A stretch of 32,000 nucleotides of DNA from the NCBI GenBank assembly GCA_016700375.1, contig CP065016.1, positions 210,001 through 242,000 of the forward strand. Reading direction: 5' to 3'. The DNA is from Candidatus Saccharimonadota bacterium (GTDB taxonomy: Bacteria > Patescibacteriota > Saccharimonadia > Saccharimonadales > UBA4665). Positions 1 through 6,407 of this stretch are shown piece after piece. Numbering within the stretch: position 1 is the stretch's first letter; each line of letters starts with the position of its first letter. The position numbers and the translations under genes are program-made. The notes beneath the pieces were generated by a model. That model had not been told where the DNA came from and ran no database searches. It saw only the letters and a program-made list of their open reading frames with translations.

Positions 1-10
1 CGGTTCAGGA

Positions 11-433
11 GTGAATGCACCAAGTATAAAAGTTTCCCTCGCTCGCGCAAGTGAGTCACCGTCAAAATCATCGTTCACCGTAGGTGCTACTTGGCCGTTC
101 GTTACATTAACATTGGGGAAAAAACGTGTAGAGTTTCGAATGCCAGGTGTTATCAAATTTGCAACAGCAACTGACAGTAAAATAACGTTAAGCAAGCTAG
201 GCTACCTTTTCTTCCGCTCTGCTGACCCAAATAACGATTTCGGCTTTTCCACCTTAGCTTTAAATAGACTAATAGTAGGGTTAAAAGCAATGGGCTTTGA
301 ACTTGACAGCACATGTATAACTAATCTAAAGATCGCTAGATTGTTCCATGTCATATTTTTGTCTTTTGGCTTACTCTTCCTAGCCTGTGTATTCGCGGTG
401 ATGTTTGCAACAGGTACACGTGGTTTATCCTAG
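11..433 (+). CDS. hypothetical small protein with a hydrophobic C-terminal tail; by position, a candidate immunity protein for a toxin tip upstream of the window
   Basis: 140-aa ORF with a GTG start, ending in ...IARLFHVIFLSFGLLFLACVFAVMFATG (TM-like). It is AT-rich like the other small ORFs that follow toxin tips here. Its last codons run into the conserved junction sequence. No family recognised. Confidence 0.4.
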   Translation: MNAPSIKVSLARASESPSKSSFTVGATWPFVTLTLGKKRVEFRMPGVIKFATATDSKITLSKLGYLFFRSADPNNDFGFSTLALNRLIVGLKAMGFELDSTCITNLKIARLFHVIFLSFGLLFLACVFAVMFATGTRGLS

Positions 434-455
434 TACAGAGAGCGCTGGTGTGAAT

Positions 456-475
456 CTGACCCACGCGCACTTTTT
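456..475. repeat. solo terminal-inverted-repeat-like fragment of the CTGACCCAC MITE family
   Basis: CTGACCCACGCGCACTTTTT resembles the 20-bp terminus CTGACCCACACTCACTTTTT of the elements at 3297-3445 and 14493-14641. Confidence 0.5.
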
Positions 476-501
476 CCCAAATAATGGGATTTGAGGGATT
501 T

Positions 502-555
502 GAGGATTTGAGGACTGTCCTCTAGCAGGAGGATTTGAGGACTGTCCTCTAGCAG
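502..555. repeat. perfect 27-bp tandem duplication; each unit contains the palindrome GAGGAC-T-GTCCTC
   Basis: GAGGATTTGAGGACTGTCCTCTAGCAG occurs at 502-528 and again at 529-555. It is preceded by degenerate GGATTTGAG units at 487-512. Confidence 0.9.
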
Positions 556-879
556 CTAGCGGCAATGTGAATTCCCCATTTCACTATCATTTTTGCTACA
601 CTAAACCATAACCATGTACACCGCCGCGGCCGCATTTCAGCCTTTGCAATCCACTCGCTCTTCTCGCAATTTCGCTTCCTATGCTCGGTATAAGTCACTG
701 GCAATTGGCCGAACAAGACAGAGAGGTCATGGCAATACACCCGCCTTGGCTTTGGTGCAAACGGCACACCCCAAACGTACTTCACATACGACTCGTCAGA
801 CCGCAACACCGGCATCACCGAAACCAACGCCACTGGCTCCATCACCACCACCTACGGTCGTGATGTCCAGGGCAGGCTC

Positions 880-1842
880 TTGTACCGTCACCAAGATACC
901 AATGGCAGCAGTGCCAGCAATGACTACTACGGCTACACCGCCTCCGGTGACTCCCCAGATTTCATTACAGATGTAAGTGGCACTGTCACACAGAAGTATC
1001 TATCGCTTCCTGGAGGGGTTAAAGTAACTATTCGTCCAGACAGAGCTAGTGCAGGTGCTCTAACATACAGCCTACCCAATATACACGGAGATGTATTTGC
1101 GACTGTTGATGCAGACGGGAAGATACTAAACACCCATCAAAGCGGACCTTTCGGAGAGAAGCTAGCGAACCAAACCACTCCCTGGAACACCATTAGTGGT
1201 GGTACAATGGGATATGTCGGTGCAGCCCTAAAGCTCACTGAAGCACAGTTAGCACTTCAGCCTATTCAAATGGGAGCGAGGGTATACATACCAGGACTCG
1301 GTAGATTCCTTTCCGTTGACCCGGTTCAAGGTGGCACACCAAATAACTATGTGTATCCAGGTGACCCGGTGAATCAATACGACTTAAATGGAATGTGGGT
1401 GAGCCTATTGATTAAATTATTTGTAAGAGAAGGTGGTAAGCAAACAGTTAAGCAGACCGGAAAGGAAACCGTAAAACGGGGCGCAACAAAAGTTGCCACT
1501 AAAGTACAAAAAACAGGTGCTAATCAGACTATCCCCATTTCGAGTAGTACACAAAACGTGAATATCACTATAAAGTATAGTCGCCCAAACAACGCTACTA
1601 CGATAGCCCAAAGAGTGAGCGTGCAAAATAAGCCTTGTGTGACTTGTGGCATACAGGGACAGAAAAACTACGCAGACCATATCCAACCGCTCGTAAAAGA
1701 ATATTATCAGACAGGGACAATAGATCGTGTAAGGATGAGATCAATAGAGTCCGTACAGCCCCAATGTCCAAGCTGCTCAAATATTCAAGGTGGAAATTTA
1801 AGTAATTATAGTCGGGAAATGATAGATTATTATGGTTTATAA
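880..1842 (+). CDS. orphan Rhs/YD-repeat C-terminal fragment with an HNH/EndoVII-type nuclease tip (module A)
   Basis: In-frame YD-repeat peptides: FTYDSSDRNTGITETN, TTTYGRDVQGRLLYRHQD, YYGYTASGDSPDF, YSLPNIHGDV, GPFGEK. The core ends with [40 protein letters not shown] (DPVN... at 1363-1392). A 149-aa tip follows, with CVTCG...ADHIQPL...QPQCPSCSN (CxxC..DH..CxxC, HNH-like). The frame is open from 694, and 880 is only the first TTG, so there is no convincing start of its own. Confidence 0.8.
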   Translation: MYRHQDTNGSSASNDYYGYTASGDSPDFITDVSGTVTQKYLSLPGGVKVTIRPDRASAGALTYSLPNIHGDVFATVDADGKILNTHQSGPFGEKLANQTTPWNTISGGTMGYVGAALKLTEAQLALQPIQMGARVYIPGLGRFLSVDPVQGGTPNNYVYPGDPVNQYDLNGMWVSLLIKLFVREGGKQTVKQTGKETVKRGATKVATKVQKTGANQTIPISSSTQNVNITIKYSRPNNATTIAQRVSVQNKPCVTCGIQGQKNYADHIQPLVKEYYQTGTIDRVRMRSIESVQPQCPSCSNIQGGNLSNYSREMIDYYGL

Positions 1843-2203
1843 TTCAAATAATATTGCTGTAAAACTTGAACAAAACACTTTGTGCAAGAAGTATAATGCT
1901 GAGTATTTGGAAGCCGCACCCGGCACGATAGTAGGTGTAGCAAAAGATTTCTCTATGGCAAAAATGCCAATAAACGGCTTGCGGCATCCCCGAGAAAAGA
2001 ATGCATCAGGCTGGTATATATGGTCGGGAGATAAATATTCTTCAGAACAGGATTATTTTGAACCTATGCACCTTAGTCATGTAGTTGAAAAATACCCTGT
2101 TCTGCTGCCGTATCTGGGTTTAGCCCCTGGTTGGAGGTTCTTAATCGATCCGAATAATAGTTATGAGGATGTTTGGTTTGACAAGCAATTGCTTGATATC
2201 TAA
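1832..2203 (+). CDS. putative immunity protein for tip A (from memory, possibly Imm33/DUF2185-like)
   Basis: 123-aa AT-rich ORF whose ATG overlaps the toxin stop by 11 nt (TATTATGGTTTATAA). The motifs PINGLRHP, SGWYIWSG and LGLAPGWRFL recall an immunity family, but I cannot confirm which one. Confidence 0.6.
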   Translation: MVYNSNNIAVKLEQNTLCKKYNAEYLEAAPGTIVGVAKDFSMAKMPINGLRHPREKNASGWYIWSGDKYSSEQDYFEPMHLSHVVEKYPVLLPYLGLAPGWRFLIDPNNSYEDVWFDKQLLDI

Positions 2204-2277
2204 ACATATATCTGCTCCACGGTTTCTGAGGTTTACACTCGCACAAAACTCCCCTGAACACCCTAAACGGTGGTACA

Positions 2278-2865
2278 ATGGGATATGTCGGTGCAGCCCT
2301 AAAGCTCACTGAAGCACAGTTAGCACTTCAGCCTATTCAAATGGGAGCGAGGGTATATCTGCCAGGACTCGGTAGATTCCTTTCCGTTGACCCGGTACAG
2401 GGCGGTACACCTAACAACTACGTCTACCCAAGCGACCCGGTGAATGAGCATGATTTAGATGGACGATGCTCGGCAAAATTTATTGACTGGTGTGCGAGAA
2501 TGCTGACTCGCGGAGGTGATAAACTCGGCAGAGGTTTGCAATGGGCAGGCCAAAAAGCAATAAGGGGTGTACAGTGGGGAGCAGGAAAAGTAAATTCAGC
2601 ATACCAAAAAACTTCAGGATTCTTGCAGAGGTCATGGTCGGGAACAAAGGATTTTGGTCAAAAGATTAGTCCTCGAAACGGAAGAGAGTTTAGTATTAAT
2701 CAAATACGAATTAAGCCCATTGGAAACTGGCTGGCTAAGAATAAAGACGGTTCGCCCTACTGGCCAGCAAGAGCACCACACTATCATCGACAGGTCAAAG
2801 ACCACTATGGCAACATTAAAAAGGGTGGCGGCATGAGTAGGCATAGACCATGGGAAGGGTGGTAA
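2278..2865 (+). CDS. short orphan Rhs tip (module B): 58-aa core end plus an unknown 133-aa C-terminal domain
   Basis: Starts at the conserved ATGGGATATGTC, and homology to the other modules begins only ~30 nt upstream. [10 protein letters not shown] lies at 2434-2463. The tip carries RIKPIGNW...APHYHRQV...[13 protein letters not shown]. Confidence 0.7.
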   Translation: MGYVGAALKLTEAQLALQPIQMGARVYLPGLGRFLSVDPVQGGTPNNYVYPSDPVNEHDLDGRCSAKFIDWCARMLTRGGDKLGRGLQWAGQKAIRGVQWGAGKVNSAYQKTSGFLQRSWSGTKDFGQKISPRNGREFSINQIRIKPIGNWLAKNKDGSPYWPARAPHYHRQVKDHYGNIKKGGGMSRHRPWEGW

Positions 2866-2869
2866 AGCC

Positions 2870-3235
2870 ATGAAAAAGAAAATCTATATACATGCCGAAA
2901 GGGGAGATAATAATGTTTTCTCTCCAGAGAGCATAATTGGCGAAAAAACGGAGGCATATTTTAATAGTTTAGAATACGGAGACGTACACAGCCAGCTATT
3001 TCAAGTTTGGGAGTACCCTAGTGGAAGAATTTTTCTTGTCGTACCCGACAGAGTACTGAAACCTGACGATTATAGCACTCCCTACAGCACGAAGGCAGTA
3101 GTATGGCAACCTAAACTGCAATATGTTAAGACAGATAGAAAGCTAGTACGCGAAAAATTTAAAGTACTGACTTCTCATGAACAAAATATAGAACGTGCTC
3201 ACAATTTTTTTACCAGATTAATGAAACGTAAATAA
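2870..3235 (+). CDS. putative immunity protein for tip B
   Basis: 121-aa AT-rich ORF starting 4 nt after the toxin stop. No family recognised. Confidence 0.55.
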   Translation: MKKKIYIHAERGDNNVFSPESIIGEKTEAYFNSLEYGDVHSQLFQVWEYPSGRIFLVVPDRVLKPDDYSTPYSTKAVVWQPKLQYVKTDRKLVREKFKVLTSHEQNIERAHNFFTRLMKRK

Positions 3236-3296
3236 TAATCAAGCCCCGGTTGCCTTACGGCCAGATCTTTTAAGGGGTATACCACCGTACATAAAC

Positions 3297-3445
3297 CTGA
3301 CCCACACTCACTTTTTACTCCTGTGTCATCCCGACCCCCGTATCAAGTACGGGGTAAACTCCGTGGAGGGATCTCGTTAGGCGTACATCAGACGGGATCT
3401 TTCGGCTTCGCTCAGGATGACATTCAAAAAGTGAGTGTGGGTCAG
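3297..3445. mobile_element. 149-bp MITE (CTGACCCAC family), copy 1, with a 9-bp target-site duplication
   Basis: Perfect 20-bp terminal inverted repeats: CTGACCCACACTCACTTTTT and AAAAAGTGAGTGTGGGTCAG. Flanked by TACATAAAC at 3288-3296 and 3446-3454. A near-identical copy lies at 14493-14641. Confidence 0.85.
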
Positions 3446-3479
3446 TACATAAACTCTATTAACCAATAAAAGTGGTACA

Positions 3480-4135
3480 ATGGGATATGTCGGTGCAGCC
3501 CTAAAGCTCACTGAAGCACAGTTAGCACTTCAGCCTATTCAAATGGGAGCGAGGGTATATCTGCCAGGACTCGGTAGATTCCTTTCCGTTGACCCGGTAC
3601 AGGGCGGTACGGCCAACAATTATGTATATGTCAATGATCCAGTAAACGACTATGACCTAGGCGGAACAATTGGTTGGAAGAAGTGGTTCAAAGACAGGTG
3701 GGGTAATACCAAGAGTGTAGCAAAAAAGGTTAACAATACAGCAAAAGCTACTATCGCCAAAACACAAGCTTGGGGAAAAAACATCCTGATCAAGCTCAAG
3801 TTATTGTATCTGTTTTAACTCTAGGTCGCGGTGGCGGTAAAGGCCCTAAGCTAGAGATGCCTAAGTTTGCTGGCAAGTCAGTAACAGGAAAATCGGGTAA
3901 TGCACCCAATGGATCAACTCCCTCGCCAGCAACGCAAATGAAACGTTTGAGCAGAGGCGAAATTGATATCCTGAAGAAAGCAGGATACAGTCCTGAACAA
4001 CTAAAAACAGATGTAGTAGGACCAAATTCAAGTAGATACGATATATTTAAAAATCAGAAGCAAGATTTATTTGTTAAGCCGAAAGATGGAAGTGGTCCTG
4101 GCGAACCATTAAATCTGAACATGGGAGGATTATAG
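3480..4135 (+). pseudogene. short orphan Rhs tip (module C) split by a -1 frameshift at 3773-3779
   Basis: ORF 3480-3818 holds the core end, with DPVNDYDLGG at 3636-3665. It continues in the -1 frame as ORF 3770-4135. The frames overlap at TGG_GGA_AAA_AAC (G GGA AAA heptamer, A6 run). The downstream half ends ...LSRGEIDILKKAGYSPEQLK..SSRYDIFKNQKQDLFVKPKDGSGPGEPLNLN. Confidence 0.65.
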
Positions 4136-4136
4136 T

Positions 4137-4559
4137 ATGCAAGACGAAAGCACTTTCGGTGTATGTTTGTATGTTTCAAGTAATACTCTGAGCGTTGAAG
4201 AGCTAAATACTATAATCGGGATTAAAGCGGATGAATATCAAGAGAAAGGTGAAAATAAGAGGGTTGCTGGAAAAACATTACCCCAAAGATACGAGAGTAG
4301 TTTGTGGATTTACGACTCAAGATTTCACATCAGCAAACATCGTTACATTGATGAACATATTGAATATATTGCTGAGGTGCTTGAAAAGTTATCGGTCAGA
4401 TCTAAAGAATATATAAGTTCCAGCCAACCAGTCATTGGTTTACGAGCTTATACTTACTCCGCCAACCCAGGAGCTTGTATAAAACCAAAGTTTTTACGTA
4501 TTTTTTCAGGAATAAACGCAACCATAGATATTGATTTTTTCTCTGTAGAGTCTCAGTAA
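4137..4559 (+). CDS. putative immunity protein for tip C (DUF4279-like pattern, from memory)
   Basis: 140-aa ORF starting 1 nt after the tip stop, with GGGAGG 8 nt upstream. Its layout resembles DUF4279-type proteins: N-terminal 'L.V..N.LSVEELN.IIGIK', a central W, and C-terminal 'ATIDIDFF'. Confidence 0.55.
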   Translation: MQDESTFGVCLYVSSNTLSVEELNTIIGIKADEYQEKGENKRVAGKTLPQRYESSLWIYDSRFHISKHRYIDEHIEYIAEVLEKLSVRSKEYISSSQPVIGLRAYTYSANPGACIKPKFLRIFSGINATIDIDFFSVESQ

Positions 4560-4565
4560 ATTTCT

Positions 4566-4653
4566 AGGATTCACGAGGTTTATCCTCGTACAGGTAGCAC
4601 CGATGTGAACTCACCACTTCACCCCATTTTGCTACACTTAAACCATAACCATC
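4566..4653 (+). repeat. junction element J3 (uninterrupted copy), preceding long Rhs module D
   Basis: AGGATTCACGAGGTTTATCCTCGTACAGGTAGCACCGATGTGAACTCACCACTTCACCCCATTTTGCTACACTTAAACCATAACCATC, followed by ATGTACCC. Alignable by eye with 412-455 plus 556-613. Confidence 0.7.
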
Positions 4654-5230
4654 ATGTACCCTACCGCAACACTATCGTCAGTCAGACCCACGAGCCATCA
4701 ATCAAGCCCCGGTTCTTTCGACGCCTACTCGCGTTACAAATCCTCTCACCATCGGTCGACATCAGGCAGAGCGGTCGGCTACAAACGGCACAGCTCAAAC
4801 CAACTTCACCTACGACAGTAGCGACCGCAACACCGCCATCACCGAAACGAATGCCTCCGGGAGCATCACCACCACCTATGGCCGTGATGTCCAGGGCAGG
4901 TTACTGTACCGCCACCAAGACACCAACGGAACGAATGGCAGTAATGACTACTACGGCTACACCGCCTCCGGTGACTCCCCAGATTTCATTACAGATGTAA
5001 GTGGCACTGTCACACAGAAGTATCTATCGCTTCCTGGAGGGGTTAAAGTAACTATTCGTCCAGACAGAGCCAGTGCAGGTGCTCTAACATACAGCCTACC
5101 CAATATACACGGTGATGTATTTGCGACTATCGATGCAGACGGCAAGATACTCGGTACTTACCAAACCGGTCCATTTGGAGAGAAGCTACCAAACCAAACC
5201 ACTCCCTGGAACACCCTAAACGGTGGTACA

Positions 5231-5848
5231 ATGGGATATGTCGGTGCAGCCCTAAAGCTCACTGAAGCACAATTAGCACTTCAGCCCATACAAATGGGAG
5301 CGAGGGTATACATACCAGGACTCGGAAGATTCCTTTCCGTTGACCCAGTACAAGGTGGTACACCAAATAACTATGTGTATCCGGGTGACCCGGTGAATAA
5401 CCACGACCTAACTGGCACGCTAGCTCCACTCGTTGTTGCACTCGCACCGTTTGTAGGAAGAGTGGCCGTTGGTGCAGCCGTAAAGATGGCCACAAGCTAC
5501 GGCGGCAAGAAAGTAGCCCAGCAAGCGGTAACGAAAACTGCTACGAAGAGTGCATATCAGAAGTATCAGATTGGCATGCAGGGAGCAAAGGTAACTCAGA
5601 ACACCACACGCATCGACTCCGCACTTTCACCTGGTAAATATAGAGTACCTGACGCATTAACACGTTCGACTATCACCGAAGTAAAAAACGTTAAGTACCA
5701 GAGTTATACTTCACAGCTTAAAGATTATAGTGCTATCGCAAAGAGAGATAATCTCCAATTTACATTGAAGATCAATAATAGCGCTCGTTTAAGTGGTCCC
5801 CTAAAACAGGCAGAAAACGATGACTTTTTGAGAATTATAGGATATTAA
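5231..5848 (+). CDS. orphan Rhs/YD C-terminal fragment with a PD-(D/E)xK (Tox-REase-7-like) tip (module D)
   Basis: The frame is open from 4649 and encodes YD repeats nearly identical to module A; 5231 is only the first ATG. DPVNNHDLTG lies at 5387-5416. The 143-aa tip carries GKYRVPDALTRSTITEVKNVKYQSYTSQLKDY...LSGPL, a PD...EVK nuclease motif. Confidence 0.8.
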   Translation: MGYVGAALKLTEAQLALQPIQMGARVYIPGLGRFLSVDPVQGGTPNNYVYPGDPVNNHDLTGTLAPLVVALAPFVGRVAVGAAVKMATSYGGKKVAQQAVTKTATKSAYQKYQIGMQGAKVTQNTTRIDSALSPGKYRVPDALTRSTITEVKNVKYQSYTSQLKDYSAIAKRDNLQFTLKINNSARLSGPLKQAENDDFLRIIGY

Positions 5849-5852
5849 CTCG

Positions 5853-6293
5853 ATGACAGAATACAGCAAACAGCTCGCATATACTAAAGTTCCTATTAAA
5901 AACCAAAGATGGCTACTTGAAACGGCTATCGATGCCGCTAAAGACGAGGGATACGATATAAGCGCACTGAATCGTGATTGCTTACAGCTCATTGATAACA
6001 TGCTCAAAAAAATTCAACGCGGCACCGCAAAATTACCAAATTCACAAAGATTAGAAATTGCGCAAGGTGCTGCCATAGAATACGCAGCAGCTATAATTGC
6101 TATTGTTGAAAATGAAACCCAAACTAGTGGGCAGTGGTACTATCATCATAAGAAATTTGGCAAGGATACATTCCCTTACGTATTAGGAGAAAAAACGATA
6201 TTTCCTTACGTGTGGGCTCTAAAAACCATCCAAACACCTACCTCCGACAGCGTAAAAATCAAGTATGAGCAGATCATAAATGCCACCGGGTAA
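5853..6293 (+). CDS. putative immunity protein for tip D
   Basis: 146-aa ORF starting 4 nt after the toxin stop. No family recognised. Confidence 0.55.
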   Translation: MTEYSKQLAYTKVPIKNQRWLLETAIDAAKDEGYDISALNRDCLQLIDNMLKKIQRGTAKLPNSQRLEIAQGAAIEYAAAIIAIVENETQTSGQWYYHHKKFGKDTFPYVLGEKTIFPYVWALKTIQTPTSDSVKIKYEQIINATG

Positions 6294-6295
6294 AC

Positions 6296-6335
6296 GAGGG
6301 TTCACAAGGTATATTGAGGGTTCACAAGGTATATC
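6296..6335. repeat. 20-bp tandem duplication at the start of junction J4
   Basis: GAGGGTTCACAAGGTATAT(T) occurs twice (6296-6315 and 6316-6335). It is related to the single copy AGGATTCACGAGGTTTAT at 4566 and to AGGTACACGTGGTTTAT at 412. Confidence 0.85.
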
Positions 6336-6407
6336 CTAGTACAGAGAGCAGCAATGTAAATTTCTCATTACGTCGCATTTGGTACAATAAGTTCACTGCA
6401 CCTTAAA

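Larger units (their letters stand above)
412..613 (+). repeat. junction element J0, preceding long Rhs module A and interrupted by a ~100-bp insert (456-555)
   Basis: AGGTACACGTGGTTTATCCTAGTACAGAGAGCGCTGGTGTGAAT (412-455) and AGCTAGCGGCAATGTGAATTCCCCATTTCAC...TTTGCTACACTAAACCATAACC (556-613) together match the uninterrupted junction at 4566-4653 and most of 6316-6407. The motif AGCGCTGGTGTGAAT / AGCGGCAATGTGAAT is duplicated on both sides of the insert. Confidence 0.7.

Noticed and set aside
487-555. Possible CRISPR array
   Set aside because: The repeats are directly adjacent (27-bp units with no spacers), there are only two full units, and no cas genes are present.
614-976. 120-aa ORF (also 681-863, and 4605-5000 in module D), rich in Thr/Pro/Ala and ending ...TATPPPVTPQISLQM
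   Set aside because: These are off-frame translations of the YD-repeat DNA; the YD motifs read cleanly in another frame. Only the first ~35 codons after ATG 614 look like genuine former coding sequence, as described in the frameshift finding.
3770-4135. Independent 121-aa gene with a TTG start
   Set aside because: It has no SD, overlaps the end of ORF 3480-3818, and its frame continues that ORF after a -1 shift. I therefore treated it as the second half of tip C.
412-6407. Integron-like gene cassettes, with the junctions acting as attC sites
   Set aside because: No integrase or attI is present in the window. The cassettes are bounded by homologous Rhs core sequence, which explains the architecture through homologous recombination. 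The junction palindromes remain unexplained and are reported separately.
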